A stretch of 32,808 nucleotides of DNA, from IMG/VR virus record IMGVR_UViG_3300012682_000681, positions 1 to 32,808 of that record; one strand, 5' to 3'. Shown piece after piece: positions 1 to 8,201 of the stretch. Source of the DNA: a virus (taxonomy: Duplodnaviria; Caudoviricetes). Positions within the stretch are counted from its first letter, which is position 1. Each line of letters begins with the position of its first letter. Both the position numbers and the translations under genes were made by a program. The notes below the pieces were generated by a model. The model ran no database searches. It saw only the letters and a list, made by a program, of their open reading frames with translations, and had not been told where the DNA came from.

Positions 1-745
1 CCTGGCCGGCCAGGCTCTCCCATGCGGCCCACGCCGTCTGTGAGTCATCCGCCCAGCGGTGCCAGAGGGCGCCGTCTGTGCCGCGGGCGAACACGTCCAG
101 GCGGCTGCCACCCCAGGAGACCGCGGCCGGCTCCGACGTCGTCTGCCCGCCCAGGTGTTCCCAGTCGGCGCTGACCGCCGCCCGGGCCCGTAGCGCTCCG
201 TTGTCGCCCCTGGTGAGCACCGTCAGCAGGTCGCCCCGAGCGGCGACAGCCGGCCCCGACGGTGCCAGGGACACGGCGGCGACTGGCTTCACCGTCAACC
301 GTGCCACCCGAGCGGCAGCATCAGCCGGCGTGCCGACGAACTCGAAGTGCATGGCGTCCTTGCGGGTGCCGGTCCAGGCGCCACCCCAGCCAAAACCGAG
401 GCTCGTCCACGCGTCCACCATGCGCGCCGGCATGTCGGTGACGACCGGGCCGGAGACCATCGGGTTCTTGTCCCAGTTGATGTCCACTGCAAGGCCCCAG
501 GAGTGGTTGCTTGGGGTGATCGTGCTGCCACGGATCGGTCGGCTGTTGTAGCCGCCCAGCATCCGCACGTCGTACTGGGCCAGCTCCTCTGTGCGGCGCA
601 GGCCCTCGACGACCAGAGGGGCGATACCCCGATGGACCCAGGTGGCGACGGGCGTTCCCCCACCCCGGGCCACCTTCACCTGATCTGCGGACCGGTTCGT
701 CGGCCAACCGGGACCCCACCCTCGAGCGTCAGCCCTCGCGACCAT
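1..745 (-). CDS. Endolysin: M15-family metallopeptidase with C-terminal beta-propeller (PLL/tachylectin-like) repeats; runs off window start
   Basis: Not in the ORF track; translated by hand from ATG 745 (GAGGAG upstream). [15 protein letters not shown]...[23 protein letters not shown]...FGWGGAW..KDAMHFE has the M15 SxHxxGxAxD and DxMHFE motifs, followed by [32 protein letters not shown] repeats. Confidence 0.85.
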   Translation of the reverse strand, partial: MVARADARGWGPGWPTNRSADQVKVARGGGTPVATWVHRGIAPLVVEGLRRTEELAQYDVRMLGGYNSRPIRGSTITPSNHSWGLAVDINWDKNPMVSGPVVTDMPARMVDAWTSLGFGWGGAWTGTRKDAMHFEFVGTPADAAARVARLTVKPVAAVSLAPSGPAVAARGDLLTVLTRGDNGALRARAAVSADWEHLGGQTTSEPAAVSWGGSRLDVFARGTDGALWHRWADDSQTAWAAWESLAGQ

Positions 746-875
746 CGGACTCCTCCTCGTGCTCGTGGGCGGCCTCGTCGTCGTGCTCGTGGCCATCCTC
801 CGGGGACTCCGGCGGTGGCTCCTCCGTCACGGTCCACGCGGTCGGTTCGGGCTGGCTCATCGTCGACTCCTTCAT
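729..875 (-). CDS. Small acidic His/Glu-rich peptide overlapping the endolysin start
   Basis: [14 protein letters not shown]...[21 protein letters not shown]; AAGGAG precedes both ATG 875 and ATG 860. Confidence 0.5.
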   Translation of the reverse strand: MKESTMSQPEPTAWTVTEEPPPESPEDGHEHDDEAAHEHEEESDGREG

Positions 876-960
876 CGGTCTCCTTGGTGCTGGTCGGGTG
901 ATGCCGTCGAGGTCGGCCAGACGGCGCCGAGCGCCACCGGACGGGCTAGGAGGCTTGCGG

Positions 961-1236
961 TCACAGCCGGGCCGCCAACACGTCAGCGAAGGCGGCCATG
1001 GTCCGCTCGGCCACCATGACGAGCACGTCGTCCGGGCATACCAGGTAGCGGACCTGGTCGGCCGGCAGGCTTTCAACGGCGACGAACTGCGGACAGCCGG
1101 CGAGGCTGACGACGGCCTCCACGCCGACGACGGTCTGGTCGTTGGTGGCCGGGAGGAAGTGGGCTTCGACCTCGTACGCCGCCTGGATCCTCGACGGCCG
1201 CGGCAGGGAGCGGAGCTTTACCGGTTCGTCAGCCAT
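961..1236 (-). CDS. Hypothetical protein
   Basis: Protein-like composition; overlaps the upstream ORF in the minus-strand operon. Confidence 0.6.
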   Translation of the reverse strand: MADEPVKLRSLPRPSRIQAAYEVEAHFLPATNDQTVVGVEAVVSLAGCPQFVAVESLPADQVRYLVCPDDVLVMVAERTMAAFADVLAARL

Positions 1237-1321
1237 CACCGCGGCCGCCGAACCGCAGGCAGGCGAGGGCGCCGCCGACGACGATGACGCCGATCATTAC
1301 CACGGCCAACAGCGTACCCAT
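1229..1321 (-). CDS. Small single-pass membrane peptide
   Basis: MGTLLAVVMIGVIVVGGALACLRFGGRGDG; TGATG overlap with the upstream gene's stop. Confidence 0.5.
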   Translation of the reverse strand: MGTLLAVVMIGVIVVGGALACLRFGGRGDG

Positions 1322-1935
1322 CACGCCTCGAACATGCCCTGCTGCGCGGTCGGCGGCTGCGCGGCCCGGCCCGCAGACCACTGCCGGGCGAACGCCTCCT
1401 CCGACGAAACCTTCATCTTCTCGAAGAACGGGTCGTCGCCCAGCTCGGCCTCGCCGACGAGGACGGCAGCGTGCTTGAACCAGTGGTCCTCGCCCCGGCC
1501 CATCTGCCGGCCCCGGGCGGTGTGCAGGTCGAGGGCCTCGTCGGGGATCGGGTGCTGCTGGTCGTCGTAGCCGAAGCTGGCCCACACCGCATGGTCAACC
1601 CAGCGGGACTTCGGGGCGTGGGCGAGCGCCACGGCGGCGTGGATGATGAACAGCCGTTCCGGGCGGGACGGGTTCCGGCGGGCTGCGGCCTCGTCGTAGC
1701 TGGCCTTCAACGCCCGGATCACCGATGGCCCCTCAGGCCACGCCAGGCCGACGTCCTCAGACGTGATCACCACCATCCGGTTCCAGCAGTGCGCACCGTG
1801 CCCCGACTGCTCGAGCTCGGCAGCCCACCAGGCCGCCTCCTTAACCTGACCGCGCCGGATCGCCTTCTGCAAGGCGGATACGACCTCACCGAGGGCGTAA
1901 CCCCGGATCGTCTCCCTGTTCATGTACCCACCCAC
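1321..1935 (-). CDS. Stand-alone RarA/MgsA C-terminal-like domain protein (no AAA+ domain)
   Basis: SALQKAIRRG..AAWWAAEL...RMVVITSEDVGLA...LAHAPKSR...IPDEALDLHT matches the RarA C-terminal signature; GGAGG lies 7 nt before GTG 1935. Confidence 0.75.
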   Translation of the reverse strand: MGGYMNRETIRGYALGEVVSALQKAIRRGQVKEAAWWAAELEQSGHGAHCWNRMVVITSEDVGLAWPEGPSVIRALKASYDEAAARRNPSRPERLFIIHAAVALAHAPKSRWVDHAVWASFGYDDQQHPIPDEALDLHTARGRQMGRGEDHWFKHAAVLVGEAELGDDPFFEKMKVSSEEAFARQWSAGRAAQPPTAQQGMFEA

Positions 1936-1971
1936 TACCGGACCTCCAAGGTCGTTTTGGTTGACCACGTC

Positions 1972-1992
1972 ACACTGGCAGCCAAGGTGACA
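1972..1992 (-). promoter_or_regulatory. TGTCAC-N9-CAGTGT promoter-like motif
   Basis: Same spacing as the copies at 13634-13654 and 28317-28337. Confidence 0.5.
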
Positions 1993-1998
1993 GTCAGG

Positions 1999-2823
1999 TC
2001 AGAACGGGACGACCATGGTCCGTTGGGCCGGGTGCGACAGCTTGGCCCGACCGGTCGCCTTCTTCCGTTGGACGACGTCACCACCGAAGTAGCGGCGGAG
2101 CACCTGGTAGTCGTTCTCCTCCGACTCAGCGGTCCGGTGGGAGCCCATCCCGCCGGTCTGAGCGAACGTCTTCGACTTCGACGACGCCCGCAGGTTCGGG
2201 CAGTACCGGTTGTCGATCAGGCACCACCGGTGCTCGTAGGCGTTCAGCAAGCTCAGCCAGTAGTCGTCGCCCGCCAACGTCTCCGGGTTGAACGACAGGC
2301 GGCCGCCGCCGACGACACCCATAGCGGAGCCGACGACGTAGCCGGTCAGCTTGAACGGGGCCAAGTCGTTGTAGTTCAGGATGCTCCCCGACGTCTCGAA
2401 GCCGAACAGGTGGATGCCGGCCTGCGCCGTCTCCCAGGCCAGCCGGTGGATGATCGCCATCGACTCGTCCGGCTGGATCACACATTTCCGGTCGCCGGGG
2501 CCGTGCTCCATGTGGATCATCTCCTCGATGTCGTCGTCGACCATCAGCACCGCGTGGCCCCGGTCGGCGGCGTACCGGTCGAGGATCCACTGTCGTTTCC
2601 GGGGGAGGCGGCCAACCTCCGGCGGATGCGGGACCACTTCGAGCTCGGGCTGGGCGGCCTCGTACAAGGCGACCTCGTTCTCGGGGACGACAACAACGAA
2701 CTGGTCGGGTGGGAGCATGCGGCCGACGAGGACCCGGCCGGGGCGGCCGGCGGAGGGGACGGCGATCGTCAGCCTCGGCTCCGGCGTCGGATCCGGGCCC
2801 ATCAGCGGCACCGGGTCAGTCAT
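1999..2823 (-). CDS. TET-associated glycosyltransferase (TAGT/GREB1-related GT-A fold)
   Basis: IAVPSAGRP...VVVVPENEVALY...KRQWIL...VLMVDDDI...GDDYWLSL...QTGGM motif series; adjacent to a ParB-like gene, a typical neighbourhood for this family. Confidence 0.75.
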   Translation of the reverse strand: MTDPVPLMGPDPTPEPRLTIAVPSAGRPGRVLVGRMLPPDQFVVVVPENEVALYEAAQPELEVVPHPPEVGRLPRKRQWILDRYAADRGHAVLMVDDDIEEMIHMEHGPGDRKCVIQPDESMAIIHRLAWETAQAGIHLFGFETSGSILNYNDLAPFKLTGYVVGSAMGVVGGGRLSFNPETLAGDDYWLSLLNAYEHRWCLIDNRYCPNLRASSKSKTFAQTGGMGSHRTAESEENDYQVLRRYFGGDVVQRKKATGRAKLSHPAQRTMVVPF

Positions 2824-3430
2824 AGGGCTCGCCCCGGCCGATCGCCGCGTTCATGGCCTCCTTGAACTGCTGGACGGTCACGACCCGGCTGATCCCTGTC
2901 CGCTTCGACTTCCACGACGCCGACGACTGCAGGCCGAACAGGTTGCGCAGCCAGTTGTCGTTGATCTCGTCGCCGGCGACGATCATCACGTAGCTGTAGT
3001 GCTCCCCGGGACGGGCGACGATCGGCAGCAGCGGCGCCACCGGTTCCGCGGCGGCGTCGGCCAGCAGCTTGTCGAGGTCGGACTGCTCGAGGCCGGGGAC
3101 CAGCTGCCCGTCGAGTTCGGCGACCAGCGACTTCAGCTGCTCCTGGTCCCAGCCCGACTTGTCGGACATCAGGTTGTCGGACAGGGCCCGGCGAAGCGCC
3201 TGCTCCTCCGAGTCGTCAGTGAACGTCACCGCGATGTCCGTCCACCCGAGAGCCGACGCGGCCATCACCATGTGGTTGCCGATCAGCACCCGGCGCGTAC
3301 TGCGCTGCACGACAGCGGCCCGGTGCTGACCGAACTCCTTCAGCGACCGCATCAGCGCCGGCACGTCGCCCTTGCGCGCGTTCTTCGGGTCGAGGACCAG
3401 CGACTCGATCGGGACGTTCTCAACCTCCAC
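2816..3430 (-). CDS. ParB/sulfiredoxin N-terminal domain protein
   Basis: VPIESLVLDPKNARKGDV..LMRSLKEFGQ...VLIGNH..AASALGW...ALSDN..SDKSGWD. Confidence 0.85.
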   Translation of the reverse strand: MEVENVPIESLVLDPKNARKGDVPALMRSLKEFGQHRAAVVQRSTRRVLIGNHMVMAASALGWTDIAVTFTDDSEEQALRRALSDNLMSDKSGWDQEQLKSLVAELDGQLVPGLEQSDLDKLLADAAAEPVAPLLPIVARPGEHYSYVMIVAGDEINDNWLRNLFGLQSSASWKSKRTGISRVVTVQQFKEAMNAAIGRGEPYD

Positions 3431-3440
3431 GGTCGGCCTC

Positions 3441-3539
3441 CTACAGCACGGCTGCCAGCAGGCAGGCGCCGAGGAAGGCGACGACGAGCAGCAGCACGAT
3501 GAGGACGGCGGCGGAGGGCCAGGTCAGGTGGGCGAGCAT
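3441..3539 (-). CDS. Small membrane peptide
   Basis: MLAHLTWPSAAVLIVLLLVVAFLGACLLAAVL, fully hydrophobic; fills the operon gap. Confidence 0.5.
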   Translation of the reverse strand: MLAHLTWPSAAVLIVLLLVVAFLGACLLAAVL

Positions 3540-4633
3540 TCGGGCTCCGGGTGGGGTTGAGTGGTCGGCGGGTCGTCCGGGCCCGTTGTGCGACTTGTGA
3601 GCGGGCGGTTCGGGGCGCGCCACGGCGGGAAGAAGCCGGTCGGGTCGGAGGGCACGTTGGCGGCCCGGCAGGCCTTGTCGTAGCGGGGCCGGTCGAGGAT
3701 CACCTTCAGGGCCAGGTTCGGCGTGACCCGCCGGCCGCCGAAGCCCAGCTTGAACCGTTCGAGCTCGTCGTCGTGGGCCATGCCGCCGGTGAGGTTCAGC
3801 GTGGCGTAGCCGTCGGCCCGGCAGACCTGGGCGGCCGTGGCCAGCACCAGCTTCAGCGGGGCGAAACGGGCCAGCGGGTCGCGACCGCCGACGAACCGGT
3901 CGGAGGTCGCGCCCCACCAGTACGTGGCCCGGGCCCCGAAGCCGAGGATCACCGCACCGGCGGCGAGCAGGCCGTCCGGGGCGTAGCACAGGACGGTCCT
4001 GGCCGACCACAGGCCGGCGGTGGGGAGCGCCACCGCGGCCATCTCGCTCATCGTCGGGGCGTGCCGGGAGTCGCCGCCGACCCTGGCCATCGTCTCGTCG
4101 TGCAGCCCGTTGAAGTACGCGACGGCGAGCCGGTCGCCGGTGAACACCTTCACGGTGAACCCGGCCTCCTGGGCCTTGGCGACCTGGCGCCGGTGGCCGG
4201 AGCGCATTGAGCCGAAGTCCCAGCTGGCCAGGTCCAGCACGACAGGCGGCGGCATCGACAGCACGACGACGTCGCCAGGGACCCGGCTGACCGGCAGGTC
4301 CCGGCCGAGGAGCGGGTGCAGGCGCAGGTACAGGGCGGCGACACCTTCGTCGGCAAGCAGCCCAACCACCCGGGCAAGCGACCGGGTCGGGCCGAACGGG
4401 TCGGAGGTGAAGTAGGCGCCGGCGAACCCCGGCGGCGAGCTGGCGACGATGCCGTCGAGCACGACCGGTGCGACCACGCCGCCGGCGGCGGCGAGAACCG
4501 GGGTGCCGGCACCACGATGAGCCGACGCCCAGGCGGGCCAGTGGAAGACGTCGCCGTCACGAACCAGCAGGCCCCACCGTGGGTCGTTGACCGGGATCAA
4601 CTCCCCGACCAAGCCTTCGTGCGTCCCGATCAT
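3524..4633 (-). CDS. GNAT-fold acyltransferase (FemAB/BioF2-like)
   Basis: DVFHWPAW...LYLRLHPLL...SGHRRQVAKA...ATYWWGAT...LNLTGG...LERFKLGFG; ATGA overlap with the upstream methyltransferase. Confidence 0.8.
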   Translation of the reverse strand: MIGTHEGLVGELIPVNDPRWGLLVRDGDVFHWPAWASAHRGAGTPVLAAAGGVVAPVVLDGIVASSPPGFAGAYFTSDPFGPTRSLARVVGLLADEGVAALYLRLHPLLGRDLPVSRVPGDVVVLSMPPPVVLDLASWDFGSMRSGHRRQVAKAQEAGFTVKVFTGDRLAVAYFNGLHDETMARVGGDSRHAPTMSEMAAVALPTAGLWSARTVLCYAPDGLLAAGAVILGFGARATYWWGATSDRFVGGRDPLARFAPLKLVLATAAQVCRADGYATLNLTGGMAHDDELERFKLGFGGRRVTPNLALKVILDRPRYDKACRAANVPSDPTGFFPPWRAPNRPLTSRTTGPDDPPTTQPHPEPECSPT

Positions 4634-5325
4634 GCCTTTACCGCCACGACGACCAGCCGGTACGGGTGCGGCACGCCGGACACCGTCACTGTCTCCCCGT
4701 ACAGGTCGACCAGGTCCTGGTCGAACGGTTCGATCGTCTGGTCGGCGGCCAGGCACAGGTACTCGACCTTCCAGTGGGCGACCGCGCCGAGGCTTCGGAT
4801 GAGCCCGTTGAGGGCACGGGGCTGCACTCCCTGGTAGTGGCCGCCGTGGTAGCGCTTCACGTCTTGGACGATCGGGCTGTCAGCGTTGGCCAGCACGGTG
4901 ACCAGTCGGCCACCCGGCTTCACCGTCGCCCACAGGCGGGCGAGAGCGGTCGGCACGTTCACGTACTGCAAGCACTCGACGGCGAAGACGACGTCGAAGG
5001 GCCCGGCGCCGCCGATTTTATGCCAGATGGCATTCTCCTCGAGGTCGCCGACCACGAAGTCGGCGGCGCAGTGGATCCTCGTCGGCTCGTGGCGGTCGAA
5101 GGCGATGACCGGGTGGGCGCCGAGCGTGGCGCAGATGGAGGCCAGCTGGGCCTGCCCGCAGCCGGCGTCGAGCACGGCCTTGCCGTCGAGGCGGCCGGCG
5201 AGCCGGAGGGCGTGAGCGAACTCGGCGGACTGCAGGACTGGCGACGAGTAGTCGAGCGCCCCCTGGCCTTCGGCGAAGACCCGGTCGTAGTGGGCGCGCC
5301 AGTAAGCGTTCCGCTCACCTTCCAT
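4630..5325 (-). CDS. Class I SAM-dependent methyltransferase
   Basis: VLDAGCGQAQ motif I, FDVVFAVECLQYV, VKPGGRLV; AGGAG before ATG 5325. Confidence 0.85.
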   Translation of the reverse strand: MEGERNAYWRAHYDRVFAEGQGALDYSSPVLQSAEFAHALRLAGRLDGKAVLDAGCGQAQLASICATLGAHPVIAFDRHEPTRIHCAADFVVGDLEENAIWHKIGGAGPFDVVFAVECLQYVNVPTALARLWATVKPGGRLVTVLANADSPIVQDVKRYHGGHYQGVQPRALNGLIRSLGAVAHWKVEYLCLAADQTIEPFDQDLVDLYGETVTVSGVPHPYRLVVVAVKA

Positions 5326-5530
5326 CGAGACTCCTGGCTTCGGCGGCGGCGGCGGCGAGCGCCTCGGCCAGCTGGTCGGCGACGTCGGGGGCGACAGCGA
5401 ACCGTGCCGGGTGGGCGAGCAGTCCGACGACGTACACCTCGAGCACGACCGTCGGGTCGCCGAGCACGTCGGTGACCCCGGCCCCAACCTCGAAGGCGCC
5501 GATCAGGTGCAGGTGCCGGTCCTCAGCCAC
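5315..5530 (-). CDS. Hypothetical protein
   Basis: Overlaps neighbours on both sides in the operon. Confidence 0.55.
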   Translation of the reverse strand: MAEDRHLHLIGAFEVGAGVTDVLGDPTVVLEVYVVGLLAHPARFAVAPDVADQLAEALAAAAAEARSLDGR

Positions 5531-5786
5531 GGTGCTCGCCGCGCTGGATGAGGCCGGCCAGTTCGATGGCGTCGTTCATGGAAAGACGACTGGGGCGGCT
5601 GCGGCGCGGCGACCGCAGCCACGCCGTGATGGCCGCCCGCTCCTGGTCGGCGAGCATCCCGGCCTGTCGCAGCGCGTCCAGCACCTTCGCCGCCACCCTC
5701 CGGGGGTCGACCACTCCCGCCCCGCTGATCTCGTCGCTGATGAGGTCGACCAAGTCCTCGCCGGTCAATGCTGGTCGGTCAGCCAC
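5523..5786 (-). CDS. Hypothetical protein
   Basis: Helical, protein-like; overlaps the ParB stop. Confidence 0.6.
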   Translation of the reverse strand: MADRPALTGEDLVDLISDEISGAGVVDPRRVAAKVLDALRQAGMLADQERAAITAWLRSPRRSRPSRLSMNDAIELAGLIQRGEHRG

Positions 5787-6621
5787 TGGCCTTCTCCGGC
5801 TTGCGGAGGCGGAACTCGATCGACGCCCGGGACCTGGCCACCATGGCGGCCAGGTCGGGCGGCACGTCGGCCGGGGCGACCAGCTGCTCGAAGCCGTCGA
5901 GGATCAGCTCGAACAGGGTCGACATCTGCTTCGGGTGCAGGTGCTTGTTCTTCGCCTGCGCCTCCTGCACGTACGTGTCGAGCACCAGGAACGACCCGGG
6001 GTCGAAGATCGACGTCTGCTGCTGCTCGGCGAGGAGCGTGGAGCACAGCTCCACGAAGTCGCCGGACCCGAGTTTCCCGGTGGCCCAGGCCCTCAGGGCG
6101 ACCCGTTGCCGGTCGGCGTCGAGGTCGACCATGCACTGGGCGATGCCGACGAGGAGGCGCTTCTTCGACACGAGCATCTGCACCTCCGGGTTGAGGCGGA
6201 GGAGGGCGAGGCGGGCCCGGACCCGGGTCGGGCTGACCCCGACCCGTTCGGCGACCTCCTCGGCGAGCAGGTCGAACGAGTCCATGTTCTCCTGGTAGGC
6301 GCGGGCTTCGTCGAGCGGGTCGAGGTCGACGCGGCCGACGTTCTCAGCCAGCATCTTCAGGCGGGCTTCCTCGTTGGAGCCTGCGGTGACGATCGCCGGG
6401 ATCGACAGCTCGGCGAGCCACTGGTGGGCGCGGAAGCGGCGCTCGCCGGCGACCAGCCAGTACCCGGGTTCCCCGTCGGTGCGGGGCTCCAGGGTGATCG
6501 GGGACAGGAGGCCGACGGCGTCGATCGACTTGGCCAGGGCGGCGATCTCGTCGTCGGCGAACGTGGTTCGGTCGTTCTTCTTGACGGCGATCTGCTCCAG
6601 CGGTACGTCGATGATGTTCAT
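5779..6621 (-). CDS. ParB/RepB/Spo0J-family protein
   Basis: LAKSIDAVGLLSPITL..YWLVAGERRFRA..AENVGRVDLDPLDEARAY plus HTH (EEVAERVGVS). Confidence 0.9.
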   Translation of the reverse strand: MNIIDVPLEQIAVKKNDRTTFADDEIAALAKSIDAVGLLSPITLEPRTDGEPGYWLVAGERRFRAHQWLAELSIPAIVTAGSNEEARLKMLAENVGRVDLDPLDEARAYQENMDSFDLLAEEVAERVGVSPTRVRARLALLRLNPEVQMLVSKKRLLVGIAQCMVDLDADRQRVALRAWATGKLGSGDFVELCSTLLAEQQQTSIFDPGSFLVLDTYVQEAQAKNKHLHPKQMSTLFELILDGFEQLVAPADVPPDLAAMVARSRASIEFRLRKPEKASG

Positions 6622-6627
6622 GCTGTC

Positions 6628-6633
6628 ACGGTA
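6628..6633 (-). promoter_or_regulatory. -10 box TACCGT, probable leaderless promoter for the ParB gene
   Basis: TANNNT 6 nt before ATG 6621; no SD. Confidence 0.5.
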
Positions 6634-6650
6634 GCAGAGGAGGTCTCTGG

Positions 6651-7106
6651 CTACGGAGCGACGGCGGGCGGGGCAGGGGCGGCCGTGGGCGGCGAAGCGG
6701 CGGGCGGCTCGTCGGCTGGGAGCGCGGGCTCGGGCGTCCCCCGGCCATGAACGAGCCAGTCGGCCGGCTCGCCAAAGGGCGGCCTGATCGTGACGAGCAG
6801 GCCCTCCGGCACGACGACGACGGTCCCGCGAGCATCGGCATCGTCTCCGTCGAGCCGGGCCCGGACGACCCCCTCGAGGGCGTCGAGCGTGGCGTCGTCA
6901 GCTACCACCGTGACCGTCGCCTCGGGGATGAACGAGTGACTGATCCTCGACTTCGCCTCAGACCCTGGCCGGCGGCCGGTGAGCGTCACCGCCTGCCTGG
7001 CCACCGACACCTGCTCGACGAGCAGCCGGCCCTTCGGGGTGACGGCGATGTCGTCCGGGGCGACGGCTTTCACCGGGACGCCGTCTCTGGTCGCGAGCTC
7101 GATCAT
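6651..7106 (-). CDS. Hypothetical protein with Pro/Ala-rich tail
   Basis: AAAGGA RBS; ATGA overlap with the upstream gene. Confidence 0.65.
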   Translation of the reverse strand: MIELATRDGVPVKAVAPDDIAVTPKGRLLVEQVSVARQAVTLTGRRPGSEAKSRISHSFIPEATVTVVADDATLDALEGVVRARLDGDDADARGTVVVVPEGLLVTIRPPFGEPADWLVHGRGTPEPALPADEPPAASPPTAAPAPPAVAP

Positions 7107-7291
7107 GTCTCGTCCTTTCGTGGGGGTGCGAACTTCTCGGGCACTGCGTCACGGAGCGCCACCCGGACCTGGGCGGTCACCGACCGGTCCTCGCTGTCGG
7201 CCCACCGCCGCAGCGCGGCGTACTCGGACGCTGGCAGCCGGATGCTGACTTGCCGTTCAGCGGACCGCCCCGACTCACCGTGACTCTCCAT
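7103..7291 (-). CDS. Ribbon-helix-helix (Arc/CopG-like) DNA-binding protein
   Basis: QVSIRLPASEYAALRRWADSEDRSVTAQVRVAL; TATGGT 6 nt before ATG suggests a leaderless mRNA. Confidence 0.75.
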   Translation of the reverse strand: MESHGESGRSAERQVSIRLPASEYAALRRWADSEDRSVTAQVRVALRDAVPEKFAPPRKDET

Positions 7292-7339
7292 GCCGGCACC
7301 ATAGGGCGCGGTGGTGCTTCGACGCCAGCACGGCGGCGG

Positions 7340-7525
7340 TCATCGGGCGCCTGCCAGGATCCGCTGCAGGCGGCGGACCATGTCGTGCTCGCCGGCGGAC
7401 AGGGCGTCGTTGCGGCTCGGGAACCTGGCCTTGCTCCGCCCGACCGTCACCGTCCTCGAGCCGAGGGTGACCGTCAGCTGGTACGCCCACCCGTCCAGCA
7501 GTCGGCTCGTCGTCACGTCAAACAC
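7340..7525 (-). CDS. Hypothetical protein
   Basis: GAGGAGG then GTG 7525; MFDVTTSRLLDGWAYQLTV... Confidence 0.55.
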   Translation of the reverse strand: MFDVTTSRLLDGWAYQLTVTLGSRTVTVGRSKARFPSRNDALSAGEHDMVRRLQRILAGAR

Positions 7526-7535
7526 CGGGACCTCC

Positions 7536-8201
7536 TCATGCGTCGCGCCCGAGGCGTCCGGCCAGAGCCTCGACGTCGGGCAGCGGTCCGGCATCCACGT
7601 CGGGCATCATGCCCGGCCGGGTGACAGCCGACGGCGCTCCGAGGGCTGCGACGGCAGGAGCGGCCGGCAATGCGTGGGTGCTGGCCCACCTGGCCCGGGC
7701 GGCGTCGATGGCCACGGCGGCGGCCGGCGGGGTGCGCCGCGGCCTGTGCCGGGCGCGTGCGGCGGCGTAGAAGTCCCGGAACTGGGCCCGGTCGGTGCCC
7801 GGGTTGTCGGCCCGGCACAGGGCGCCCCAGCCGAACGCCTCGACGGCGGCCGCGACAGCCGGGTGCGACCACACCTTCGGGTCACCCTCCCCGAAAGGCC
7901 GGTGGTACGGGGCACTGGCCCCCCACCGGCGGATCCCGGCCTGCACCTCAGCCCACGCCTCGTCGCCGTCGGGCGACACGTCCGGGTCGATCCGGGCCAG
8001 CACGGCCTCGCGCAGTTCACCGGGGGCTGGCGCCCACGTCGGCGGCAGATCGACCAGCGTGGCACGCACAGCGTCAGCCGGCAGGTCGGCCAGGTAGTCG
8101 AGCCAGACCGTGCCGACGAACTCCACCGGGGCAGCCCATTTCGTGCGGGGCCACGTCACCTGGATCCGCCCGACGAGCTCGAGCACCTCGGACGGCGTCA
8201 C
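7536..8201 (-). CDS. Replicative helicase loader/inhibitor-like protein (G39P-like)
   Basis: VWLDYLADLP..WAPAPGELR..AWAEVQAGIRRWG..AVEAFGWGALC..DRAQFRDFY; GTGA overlap directly after the initiator gene. Confidence 0.65.
   Translation of the reverse strand: MTPSEVLELVGRIQVTWPRTKWAAPVEFVGTVWLDYLADLPADAVRATLVDLPPTWAPAPGELREAVLARIDPDVSPDGDEAWAEVQAGIRRWGASAPYHRPFGEGDPKVWSHPAVAAAVEAFGWGALCRADNPGTDRAQFRDFYAAARARHRPRRTPPAAAVAIDAARARWASTHALPAAPAVAALGAPSAVTRPGMMPDVDAGPLPDVEALAGRLGRDA

Noticed and set aside
1471-3502. Long plus-strand ORFs (464 aa, 373 aa) and similar long antisense ORFs elsewhere, e.g. 15707-17200
   Set aside because: Shadow frames of real opposite-strand genes in high-GC DNA; no recognisable motifs.
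3441-3539. Small membrane peptides (also 1229-1321) as holins
   Set aside because: Single short helices, not adjacent to the endolysin; no supporting features.
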